From positions 1 through 64,000 of the IMG/VR virus record IMGVR_UViG_3300042988_000341: 64,000 nucleotides of DNA. One strand, given 5' to 3'. Position numbers and translations under genes: made by a program. Below the pieces are notes generated by a model, which saw nothing but the letters and a program-made list of their open reading frames with translations, had not been told where the DNA came from and made no database searches. Position 1 is the stretch's first letter. The number at the start of each line of letters is the position of its first letter. Below are positions 52,173-60,557 of this stretch, piece after piece. The DNA comes from a virus.

Positions 52173-52814
52173 TTATTTTCTCCAAATTGCCATGTATCTA
52201 GTATATTCAGCAGTAACGAATTCACCAGTATAATAGGGAGCTTCCACCCTATTCTGAACTAGGAAGTCGCTAATATCAGTGGAGCACCTAATATGCTCCT
52301 CGCACTCAAAGTAGTTGTTGCCCTGTACTACAATTAAGGTACCAGTTGGAATATTATCCAACCAGGTATCATAAGTTGCCTGTAGAACATGCTCAGTGGA
52401 AGTATTAATTACGATATCTGGTCTAATATCAGATTGGTATTGATAGGTAGCCATATCTGCGGTCACCGCCTTAAATCGCCAATCGTCCATCTCGTGAATT
52501 TTATTTACTTGATCTGCTATAGGCTCACACCAGGAATCTAAGTCAATACTGCGTATCTTCCTAACATTAATATCAGATTGAATTATCATATTAGCTAGAA
52601 TTCCTATCCACCCACCAAAGATATAGATATTTTGAGGAGCGCCCGCCATAACATACTCACTGAGATGATTAACCAACCAACCCTTAGATGCTAATTGACC
52701 CCACCATAAGGCATCTAATGCCCTAGTACGCTCCTGGTGACTGTCAATATTACGAATAGCATTCATCCATTGAGCTATCTCTAAATTACTGATCTTAAAC
52801 TCTGATTTATTCAT
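52173..52814 (-). CDS. class I SAM-dependent methyltransferase-like protein
   Basis: IYIFGGWIG motif I, SIDLD acidic motif II, TADM, VINTSTEH. Confidence 0.7.
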   Translation of the reverse strand: MNKSEFKISNLEIAQWMNAIRNIDSHQERTRALDALWWGQLASKGWLVNHLSEYVMAGAPQNIYIFGGWIGILANMIIQSDINVRKIRSIDLDSWCEPIADQVNKIHEMDDWRFKAVTADMATYQYQSDIRPDIVINTSTEHVLQATYDTWLDNIPTGTLIVVQGNNYFECEEHIRCSTDISDFLVQNRVEAPYYTGEFVTAEYTRYMAIWRK

Positions 52815-52819
52815 GGAGG

Positions 52820-52838
52820 TATTTATATGGTGTAAATA
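52820..52838. promoter_or_regulatory. divergent late promoter pair
   Basis: TATAAATA on minus (52820-52827) and TGTAAATA on plus (52831-52838), each 5 nt from its ATG. Confidence 0.75.
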
Positions 52839-52843
52839 ACTCT

Positions 52844-54325
52844 ATGATAGAAGATGATGAAGACTACTGGGAAATTCCTGATAATATCGATAGGAGTTCG
52901 TTTGATTTTACTTGGCGTCCTGACCTCTATGAGCCTCCGTATATTCATCAATTCCCTATTAAATCTAATATAGATGGCGGTCCAAGATATATTGCTGCTG
53001 GCGCAACCGATATTAAATATCATACCGAGCCGATTGCTACTATTATTCCAGACTGGAGTAAATGGTGGATACCGGACACCATCGATCGGAATTCATTTGA
53101 TTTTACATGGGAGCCCGATATCTACGAGCCTCCATATATTCATCAATTCCCTACTAAATGGGCCAATGATGCTGGCCCTAGATACATAGCTACTGGCGCT
53201 ACTGATTTTAAATATCACGATGAACCAGTAGCTGATATTAATATTGACTGGAGTAAATGGTGGATACCGGACAATATTGATTGTAGTAATTTTGATTTTA
53301 CATGGGTGCCAGGAAAAACTGATAGGCCATACATATATCAATTCGGTACCCAACATCAAAAGACAGGCGGACCTAGATATATTCAACCAGGTAGCAGAAG
53401 ATTTAAATATGAATCGTCTCAACACGCAATTAAATTACCAGATACTGATAATTGGGTAGTACATCCTGATCTAGAAGTTATTGACTTTGATTGGAGCTGG
53501 CACCCAGACAGTACTGACAGCATTTATAACTATGTTTTTGGCACAAGAGATATACCTCCACAGGAAATAAATTTAATTACCTACAAGATGGCTACCGGAG
53601 CACCTAGTAAATATTCAGATATTATGGCCAACGCTAGATGGCAGGATCTAGATATTATATTCGTTAGTAATGGTGAGGTCGGCGAACAGCAACGATATGA
53701 TAGATTGTGCGAGGTGGCTGGCAGAGAAGTTAAATGGGTACGAGGCGTTAATGGCAGAGAGAATGCCCTTAGCGCGGCAGCCCAATTATCCACTACCCAA
53801 TGGTTTATCTTATTCCCTGGTAAATTATGGGCAGATGCGGCGTTTGATTTTAATTTCCAACCCAATCGAACATATGAGCCTAAGCATTATATTTTTTATG
53901 CCAAGAACCCATTAAATGGATTGGAATATGGGCATCAGGCAGCAGTATGTTATAATCGACAATTAGTATTAGAGACTATCAACTACGGCCTCGACTTTAC
54001 CATGAGTAAATTACACGATATTGTGCCAGTATTAAGTGGAGTAGCCCAATATAACAGTAGTGTTATTATGACCTGGCGCACGGCATTCCGTGAGGTGATT
54101 AAATTACTACATGCTGGTGATGCTGAGAGCGCCGCCAGATTAGAAGTTTGGCGAACAGTGGCAGACGGAGAGAATGCTGAGTGGAGTATAGCAGGCGCTA
54201 ATGATGCGTTGGATTATTATACGGAAGTATCGGGTGATATATCAAAACTCATGGACACATTTAGTTGGCAGTGGTTGGAAGAATATTTTAACAGCAAATA
54301 TTCATTAACAACCGCAGACCACTAG
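52844..54325 (+). CDS. protein with ~4 N-terminal 65-aa Trp/Pro-rich repeats fused to a GT-A-like domain lacking DxD
   Basis: Repeats W.IPD.ID..FDFTW.P....PYIHQF...GPRY; C-domain aligns with 42313 ORF (LDIIFVS, NPLNGLEYG, WRTAFREVIKL). Confidence 0.7.
   Translation: MIEDDEDYWEIPDNIDRSSFDFTWRPDLYEPPYIHQFPIKSNIDGGPRYIAAGATDIKYHTEPIATIIPDWSKWWIPDTIDRNSFDFTWEPDIYEPPYIHQFPTKWANDAGPRYIATGATDFKYHDEPVADINIDWSKWWIPDNIDCSNFDFTWVPGKTDRPYIYQFGTQHQKTGGPRYIQPGSRRFKYESSQHAIKLPDTDNWVVHPDLEVIDFDWSWHPDSTDSIYNYVFGTRDIPPQEINLITYKMATGAPSKYSDIMANARWQDLDIIFVSNGEVGEQQRYDRLCEVAGREVKWVRGVNGRENALSAAAQLSTTQWFILFPGKLWADAAFDFNFQPNRTYEPKHYIFYAKNPLNGLEYGHQAAVCYNRQLVLETINYGLDFTMSKLHDIVPVLSGVAQYNSSVIMTWRTAFREVIKLLHAGDAESAARLEVWRTVADGENAEWSIAGANDALDYYTEVSGDISKLMDTFSWQWLEEYFNSKYSLTTADH
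52868..53540 (+). repeat. 195-nt-period coding tandem repeat
   Basis: GACTGGAGTAAATGGTGGATACCGGACA exact at 53051 and 53246; degenerate third and fourth units. Confidence 0.85.
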
Positions 54326-54883
54326 ATGAATTCTCTCCTGCTCACCGCCGTTATATACCCAATGAGGTTCTCTAGCGTCTAATTCGTACCAGTGATTATC
54401 TTGTGGTATATGATAGCATTGTGCTACCGATGGTAGTTCAATATCACTGTCAGTAGTTACATGATGGGCGAATACAACTGCTGGATTAGTTTTTAATACT
54501 AGATGATACCGTAATTCATAATCTCGATGAACACTAAGGCCAGTTCTGGGCAATAATCTCATAAACCTAATTCTACCCAGTTCAATGCCCAGAGTATCTC
54601 TAAGTAACTCAAGCTGCTGTCTGACATACCACGACTGATCGATATTCCATCGAGTAAAGTCATTCTCATTGAATAGATAAACATCATTCTTATAGTCGTA
54701 TTTACTGCCGATACAGTCCTGCCATGGATCAATACTATCTGGGCGACTAGTCAAACCTACCTGATTCCTCATATGCCAGATATTGTCGTTCTCTGACCAC
54801 GCTGTTTGTGTCTCCAATATAGTGATTAAATCATTATTAATTCTGTTGCTATCACTTGTTATATCTAGCTTCTTTAAGAACAT
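54305..54883 (-). CDS. Asp/Asn beta-hydroxylase-like Fe(II)/2OG dioxygenase, copy B
   Basis: Close paralog of 51600-52172 (MFLKKL start; LGRIRFMRL; SVHRD; HWVYNGGEQERIHLVVCG). Confidence 0.8.
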   Translation of the reverse strand: MFLKKLDITSDSNRINNDLITILETQTAWSENDNIWHMRNQVGLTSRPDSIDPWQDCIGSKYDYKNDVYLFNENDFTRWNIDQSWYVRQQLELLRDTLGIELGRIRFMRLLPRTGLSVHRDYELRYHLVLKTNPAVVFAHHVTTDSDIELPSVAQCYHIPQDNHWYELDAREPHWVYNGGEQERIHLVVCGC

Positions 54884-54903
54884 TTAGTGGTTACTCCTGT
54901 CGT

Positions 54904-54936
54904 TATTTAGTTGTTCAAAATCTCTTTGTCTAAATA
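54904..54936. promoter_or_regulatory. divergent late promoter pair
   Basis: CTAAATA on minus (54904-54910) and CTAAATA on plus (54930-54936). Confidence 0.6.
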
Positions 54937-54954
54937 CACTCGAGGTAAATTACA

Positions 54955-55131
54955 ATGAACGATAAAGAATGGTTAGACAGAGTACAACAGGCTGCTACAG
55001 TATACAACGACAGTAGATTACACACAGACTTCCAGGAAGATGAAGTGCTGAAATTCGTGGAATATCTTTACAAACAGTATGGATACGAGTATAATAAGCC
55101 ACAACCACGACAACGAAATACGCCAAGATGA
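54955..55131 (+). CDS. unannotated 58-aa protein
   Basis: MNDKEWLDRVQQAA...FVEYLYKQYGYEY...; RBS GAGG; ATGA overlap with next gene. Confidence 0.7.
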   Translation: MNDKEWLDRVQQAATVYNDSRLHTDFQEDEVLKFVEYLYKQYGYEYNKPQPRQRNTPR

Positions 55132-55394
55132 AAGTCACCAACAGCCTAGACTGGGACCAAGTTCGCAATGAATTGAAGTCTCAACTCAGTCAACTTAGTT
55201 ACAACAGTGACTTACGTAAGATGCTACGTACAATCGACACCTTAGTAGACGAACTATCACGTCTGGAAGTCGAAGCACGACAACACGGTAACAGAGGCAG
55301 TTACCAGTCAAAATGTACTACTAAAGTAACAGAAATCAATACTGCTATTGATAATCTTGATAAGTGGATTACAATGGCCTTACTACTCGAATAA
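55128..55394 (+). CDS. hypothetical helical protein
   Basis: 88-aa ORF translationally coupled to the upstream ORF. Confidence 0.7.
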   Translation: MKVTNSLDWDQVRNELKSQLSQLSYNSDLRKMLRTIDTLVDELSRLEVEARQHGNRGSYQSKCTTKVTEINTAIDNLDKWITMALLLE

Positions 55395-55395
55395 T

Positions 55396-55424
55396 TTGAC
55401 AGTAAATCGATCCAGTGCTATAAT
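55396..55424 (+). promoter_or_regulatory. perfect-consensus sigma70 early promoter
   Basis: TTGACA-N17-TATAAT with extended TG. Confidence 0.85.
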
Positions 55425-55450
55425 TAACGCTTAGACACTGAAAGACATCG

Positions 55451-55597
55451 ATGAAATACATCCTGATCCTGAAAACTGGCCGAGTAATGACATTCAACGT
55501 CTTGGCGTGTGCTGAGTTGTACACGCAAATCTACGGTGGTACTCTGATCACCTCAATCATCGCTGACGAAGTAGAAAGTACTACTTCCATTATTTGA
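55451..55597 (+). CDS. unannotated 48-aa early protein
   Basis: MKYILILKTGRVMTFNVLACAELYTQIYGGTLITSII...; lies between two promoters. Confidence 0.6.
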   Translation: MKYILILKTGRVMTFNVLACAELYTQIYGGTLITSIIADEVESTTSII

Positions 55598-55622
55598 CAA
55601 TAAATCAACAACCTGATACAAT
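55594..55622 (+). promoter_or_regulatory. sigma70 early promoter
   Basis: TTGACA-N17-TACAAT with extended TG. Confidence 0.8.
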
Positions 55623-55650
55623 ACTTGTATTGAATGATTAACTGGAGTAA

Positions 55651-55860
55651 ATGATGAACAGCTTTGAAATCGACACCCAATACGTAGTCAACACCTTCCT
55701 CGACTACGGCGAAACTGCCCAATTTGAATTCGGTACCCTGTTCGCTAAGTGCTCAGAAGATACAATCGACAACATCATCAATCACTTTACTGACAACTTG
55801 AAACTCAAAACACAAGTGTCACAATTCGGCAATCAGTTCGCAATCGACTTCGTAGCCTAA
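55651..55860 (+). CDS. small early hypothetical protein
   Basis: RBS GGAG; 69 aa. Confidence 0.7.
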   Translation: MMNSFEIDTQYVVNTFLDYGETAQFEFGTLFAKCSEDTIDNIINHFTDNLKLKTQVSQFGNQFAIDFVA

Positions 55861-55870
55861 GGAGCCAACC

Positions 55871-56140
55871 ATGGAATATACAGTCAACATCTTCAAAGCA
55901 GATGGTCGTGCTAAGACAGGTGAACGCCTGTTCGGTACATACACATTTGATCGTAATGACACCGCTTCAATGGACCGTGAAGTCGCCGAATTGAAACGTG
56001 CCTATCCTCCAGGTTACCGCTTTGAGTACTATGAGAAGTACAAGACTGTCAAAAGTCTTATGACTGGTCAATCAGTCAAAATCGACGCTGATACCCCATG
56101 GTGCTGTAACCCCGCATCGGAGTCATTCTGGTCCAACTAA
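55871..56140 (+). CDS. small early hypothetical protein
   Basis: RBS AAGGAG; C-terminal TPWCCNPASESFWS motif. Confidence 0.7.
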   Translation: MEYTVNIFKADGRAKTGERLFGTYTFDRNDTASMDREVAELKRAYPPGYRFEYYEKYKTVKSLMTGQSVKIDADTPWCCNPASESFWSN

Positions 56141-56157
56141 ATTGGATCAACTGACCG

Positions 56158-56187
56158 TTGACAGAAACCACCCACCACGCTTACAAT
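56158..56187 (+). promoter_or_regulatory. sigma70 early promoter
   Basis: TTGACA-N18-TACAAT. Confidence 0.7.
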
Positions 56188-56223
56188 CAATCTATCAAAT
56201 TTTTTAACTAGGAGTAAATCCCA

Positions 56224-57336
56224 ATGGCATCAGCAGTATCCGACGGCTACACCGTCACCTCTCAACAAGCACGTAAAGCCCTGCTTACCGCATTCAAAGT
56301 AAAGCGTCCCGTATTCTTGTGGGGTCCTCCTGGTATCGGTAAGTCGGATGTAGTTGCCGAGATTACCCAAGAACTAGGCGGCGCAATGATTGACTTGCGT
56401 ATGGCCCAGATGGAACCTACCGACATTCGCGGCATCCCCTTCTTCAACAAAGAAGCCGGCAAGATGGACTGGGCTCCTCCAATTGATTTGCCTGACGCAG
56501 AATTCGCCGCCCAACATCCAGTAGTCGTGTTGTTCTTGGACGAAATGAACTCGGCAGCACCATCAGTTCAGGCTGCTGGCTATCAACTCATTCTCAATCG
56601 TCGTGTTGGTAAGTACGTACTACCCGACAACGTGGTAATCGTGGCTGCTGGTAACCGTGACACTGACAAAGGTGTTACTTACCGTATGCCTATGCCCTTG
56701 GCTAACCGCTTTGTTCACGTTGAAATGCGCCCTGACTTCAACTCATGGCAAGCATGGGCCATTGACAATGGTGTACACAATGACGTTGTTGGTTACTTGT
56801 CTGGTAACAAGCAAGACATGTACGACTTCGATGCTAAGTCATCGAGTAAAGCATTCGCTACACCACGTAGTTGGGTATTCGTGTCCGAATTGTTGAAAGA
56901 CGAAGACACTATGGACTACGATACCCTGTCAACACTGGTATCTGGCGCTGTTGGCGAAGGCTTGGCTGCTAAGTTCATGACCCACCGCCGCTACATGGAC
57001 AAGATGCCACGTCCTCAAGACATCCTGTCTGGCAAAGTTACCTCGCTTGATACTAAAGAAATCTCTGCGATGTACTCATTGACCATCAGTATGTGTTACG
57101 AGTTGCGCGAAGTGATGAACAACAAAGAAATCGCACGTGAAAAACTCACTGAAATGGTTGACAACTTCTTGGCATACATGATGAAGAACTTTGAAACAGA
57201 GTTGGTAATCATGGGCGGTAAGACAGCACTGACTACTTACCAGATTCCTATGAACCCAATGAAGATGAAATCTTTTGACGAGTTTAATAAACGGTTTGGA
57301 AAATATATCAGAGCCGCGCACGGCGTAGCTAAGTAA
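56224..57336 (+). CDS. MoxR-like AAA+ ATPase
   Basis: Walker A GPPGIGKS, Walker B LFLDE, AAGN sensor, LANRF Arg finger, TPRSW. Confidence 0.9.
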   Translation: MASAVSDGYTVTSQQARKALLTAFKVKRPVFLWGPPGIGKSDVVAEITQELGGAMIDLRMAQMEPTDIRGIPFFNKEAGKMDWAPPIDLPDAEFAAQHPVVVLFLDEMNSAAPSVQAAGYQLILNRRVGKYVLPDNVVIVAAGNRDTDKGVTYRMPMPLANRFVHVEMRPDFNSWQAWAIDNGVHNDVVGYLSGNKQDMYDFDAKSSSKAFATPRSWVFVSELLKDEDTMDYDTLSTLVSGAVGEGLAAKFMTHRRYMDKMPRPQDILSGKVTSLDTKEISAMYSLTISMCYELREVMNNKEIAREKLTEMVDNFLAYMMKNFETELVIMGGKTALTTYQIPMNPMKMKSFDEFNKRFGKYIRAAHGVAK

Positions 57337-58131
57337 TCATCGATCTCGGGATATCTTCTCAAGAAGTGTCTCGAGGTCTTGACTACATAGTAGACCCTTG
57401 CTCTTGTTATCAACGTGCCATAATACTTCTAAGTTATGAACAGATGCTATTACTTCTGGTGGCACGTTGTTATCATATCCGTATCTGATACTGACCATAT
57501 GATCAAGTTGATGCTCTGTCAGCCCAAATACTAAGTTGTTTGGATTGATTAGATGCTTATGTTCACGATAGGTCTGCCGGGTCAGCGCCATAACCTGAGA
57601 CTTGTAACTTCTAAACTCAGCACTCTTGGTATGATCTACCCATCTACCGGATTCTTCATTGGTCTCTCTAGTCTTAGCAATAACCTTCTCTAGGTTTGGC
57701 CCGTATAATTCTCGCCTAGTAGCAATCATTCGCTCATCGATAGTTGGGTCATTCGCTCTAGTAGCAGCCATGGTAACTGCTGCCTTCTTAGCAAGCTCCT
57801 CGTTGTGAAGTGCGTGGATGCTGCCGTAACGCTCTAACATGGTCTTCGCAGTTATCTTCTTGCCCTCTTCACCGTGTAGATACATCTTATGTCCATAACG
57901 CTCTATACAAGTATTCTCTTTGGACTTCGCTACTTCCTCGGTTTGCCAAGGATAATCTGTGCCGTAGTTCTTACGGCTGGTATCAATCTTACGTTGCTTT
58001 ACCGCGGGGCAAGCATTGTGGCTCTTGGAGCACTGATGGACGGGTCTACCAGCAAATGGGCCAGAGCGAAGACTGCCCTTAGTAGTATGAGTTGCTGCCT
58101 GACCGCAGCCATGTTCGCATAGAATATTCAT
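57337..58131 (-). mobile_element. free-standing HNH-type homing endonuclease-like gene
   Basis: Cys-rich N-terminus, (E/K)(R/N/L)YG repeats, C-terminal LDHMVS...HNLEVL....N..K; inserted antisense between ATPase and vWA partner. Confidence 0.7.
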
Positions 58132-58137
58132 AGTACT

Positions 58138-58166
58138 ATTGTATCACTATTACTCACAAAAATCAA
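58138..58166 (-). promoter_or_regulatory. sigma70 promoter of the HNH gene (leaderless)
   Basis: Minus strand TTGATT-N17-TACAAT with TG, 6 nt before ATG 58131. Confidence 0.65.
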
Positions 58167-58196
58167 CACTCATTCATCCAATATCCATCGATACGC

Positions 58197-58225
58197 TTGA
58201 CAGTAACCGATACATCAAGTACAAT
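58197..58225 (+). promoter_or_regulatory. sigma70 early promoter
   Basis: TTGACA-N17-TACAAT. Confidence 0.8.
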
Positions 58226-58256
58226 AGATACTTAGACACCATAATAGGACTCACAA

Positions 58257-59546
58257 ATGACAGCACTGACAGCAACAAAACAACGAAGCAAGACTAAAGG
58301 CAAAAATCAAGATAAACTTGACAAACTGGTAGGTCCTGTTGACAAATCGATTGACGCACAAGCACGTGACCGTCTAATCATTGCTCGTACCTCGTTGTTG
58401 TTCCGTCATTCATTCTTTGGCAACTTAGCCACTCGTCTCAAACTCATCAATGCTGACGAATGGTTGTCTACGGCCGCCACAGATGGCCGCAACTTCTACT
58501 ACAACTCTCGCTTCATTATGTTGCTAACAGCAGGCGAAGTTGAGTTCTTGGTAGGTCACGAAGTACTACACGTAGTATACGACCACATGGGTCGCCGTGA
58601 TGACCGTGACCCACAGATGTGGAACATTGCTGATGACTACGCCGTCAATGCTGACTTGAAAAAGCACAACGTCGGTACGTTCATTACCTCAGTGCCATGC
58701 TTGTACGAAAAGAAGTATGAAGACATGGGCGCGGAAGCAATCTACGATGACTTGATGAAGAACGCCCAAAACATCGATATGAACGACTTACTCGATCAAC
58801 TTATCGATCAGCACATGGACGACAATGATGGTGACAGCGACGGCGAAGGCGATGGCACAGACGGTAAGAAGCCCGGCAAGATGTCCGCAGAAGAACGTGA
58901 ACAGATGCGCCAGGAGATCAAGCAAAACATCATCAACGCGGCTCGTGTAGCAAAAGAAGCAGGTCACGGATTACCTGGTAATGTCAAGCGAATGATCCAA
59001 GACATTACTGAGCCTAAGATGCCATGGCGCGAACTCATTCAAGCCAACCTGTTGTCTACCATTCGTACTGACTACTCGTTTATGCGCCCCTCTCGTCGCG
59101 GCTGGCATACTGATGCTATCATGCCCGGTACTGCTCCTGGTGAAGAAGTAGAAGTCACTGTTGCTATCGATACATCTGGTTCTATTGGTGACAAGGAAAT
59201 CAGGATCTTCTTGGGTGAAATTCAAGGCATCATGGACGCATTCTCTGGTTACAAGATCAAGGTAATCTCATGGGATACTGGTGTACACGCACCTGCCGAG
59301 TTCACCTCAGAGAACTTAGAGAGCATCACTGAGTACGTGCCTGGCGGTGGTGGCGGTACTGACCCTAGCTGTATCTTCGAGTACCTCAAGGAAGAAGGTG
59401 TGGTGCCTAATCGTCTAATCGTCTTAACAGACGGCTACTTCTATGGTAGTTCTGGTGACCCTGACTACTGCGATACAACCTGGATCATCTTTGGAAACCC
59501 AGGATTCGTGGCACCGTTCGGCACACACGCTCACTATCAAGAATAA
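58257..59546 (+). CDS. DUF2201-type metallopeptidase-vWA protein (MoxR partner)
   Basis: TAATDG, HEVLH (HExxH), WNIADDYAVN; vWA MIDAS DTSGS, GGGGT, LTDG. Confidence 0.9.
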   Translation: MTALTATKQRSKTKGKNQDKLDKLVGPVDKSIDAQARDRLIIARTSLLFRHSFFGNLATRLKLINADEWLSTAATDGRNFYYNSRFIMLLTAGEVEFLVGHEVLHVVYDHMGRRDDRDPQMWNIADDYAVNADLKKHNVGTFITSVPCLYEKKYEDMGAEAIYDDLMKNAQNIDMNDLLDQLIDQHMDDNDGDSDGEGDGTDGKKPGKMSAEEREQMRQEIKQNIINAARVAKEAGHGLPGNVKRMIQDITEPKMPWRELIQANLLSTIRTDYSFMRPSRRGWHTDAIMPGTAPGEEVEVTVAIDTSGSIGDKEIRIFLGEIQGIMDAFSGYKIKVISWDTGVHAPAEFTSENLESITEYVPGGGGGTDPSCIFEYLKEEGVVPNRLIVLTDGYFYGSSGDPDYCDTTWIIFGNPGFVAPFGTHAHYQE

Positions 59547-59773
59547 TGGCTATTGTCAAGCACAGCAATGAAGTTACGGTACTAGTATACGCCGATCAAT
59601 CAGGCGAAGTATATTACCGTAATCAGTTCAATAGTCCTATCGATAGTTCAGAGGCTGCTATCGAGCGTTGGCATAAATGGCTTCACGTGTTGAACACTGC
59701 TGAACAGTATCCAGGGCTTAGTGAAGCAATCACTGATATTGAAGTTCTATACGAATTGATTAGGCCAGAATGA
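59546..59773 (+). CDS. hypothetical protein
   Basis: 75-aa ORF coupled to neighbours. Confidence 0.6.
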   Translation: MAIVKHSNEVTVLVYADQSGEVYYRNQFNSPIDSSEAAIERWHKWLHVLNTAEQYPGLSEAITDIEVLYELIRPE

Positions 59774-60099
59774 GAGAAAGTGAACACGAATACGTTATTA
59801 TGTGGAACGAGGATGATATTCTCGATCTCATTGATGTCACGGCACACGAACAGTATCAACTCGTACTGATGCTCAAGGGTGATCCTGCTGCCGATCAGAT
59901 AGGTAACCCTATGCGGGCTATGGTCATCAGTGCGGTATTAGACGGCAAGCATAACAGAGAAATCTGGCGCTTTAATAGTAAGCTCGAAGCAGAAGAAATC
60001 TGCGACGAGTGGGAAGAAAATCGACAATCGGTTATGGATGAAGTTCGCGAAGCCGGTGAACTCATCTATGACACCTATGGAAGAAAAGTAAAATGCTAA
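59770..60099 (+). CDS. hypothetical acidic protein
   Basis: 109-aa ORF with ATGA overlap. Confidence 0.65.
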   Translation: MRESEHEYVIMWNEDDILDLIDVTAHEQYQLVLMLKGDPAADQIGNPMRAMVISAVLDGKHNREIWRFNSKLEAEEICDEWEENRQSVMDEVREAGELIYDTYGRKVKC

Positions 60100-60497
60100 T
60101 TGGAACAAGTCTCGGTCGTTGCCTAGTAAGTATCCTCAACGGCGAAGTTGAGCGTGATAACGTAGCACTCATCATCACCCGTACTCGTGCGGCAGATTAT
60201 GAACGCTTCTTAGCAGTCATTCGGTCATACTTCGATAACGGCAACTACGGAGCATCACAGGCGGCCGGCTATGAATTCACCGGGCACGAGTGGGAAGAGG
60301 TGGAAGGGTTAGCGCATCACTTGTGGCATCAAGGCCGCATTCACCAGCCCCGCACCTTCCGTGACAATGGGTTGTACCTGCTACCAGAAATGAAGCACAC
60401 CCTGTGGATGGAAGTAGTACCGACACTGAACTCGACTAATGAGAGCGTGATGCAAGCATACGAACACTACCAGACCCTGCGTGACCTGACAAAATAA
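60093..60497 (+). CDS. hypothetical protein
   Basis: 134-aa ORF; MLIGTSLGRC, GRIHQPR. Confidence 0.65.
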   Translation: MLIGTSLGRCLVSILNGEVERDNVALIITRTRAADYERFLAVIRSYFDNGNYGASQAAGYEFTGHEWEEVEGLAHHLWHQGRIHQPRTFRDNGLYLLPEMKHTLWMEVVPTLNSTNESVMQAYEHYQTLRDLTK

Positions 60498-60509
60498 ATT
60501 ACCATCACT

Positions 60510-60548
60510 TCCTAGTGTTAAATACTACAACTATCTAACACTAAGGAG
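60510..60548 (+). promoter_or_regulatory. late promoter inside an RBS-sequestering hairpin
   Basis: TCCTAGTGTTA / TAACACTAAGGA stem covers SD AAGGAG; GTTAAATA box at 60517-60524. Confidence 0.65.
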
Positions 60549-60557
60549 ACAGATAAC

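Noticed and set aside
52868-53300. 28-nt exact direct repeat as possible CRISPR array or DGR template/variable repeat
   Set aside because: Period is 195 nt and in frame with a protein repeat; differences are not adenine-specific; no cas or reverse transcriptase gene in the window
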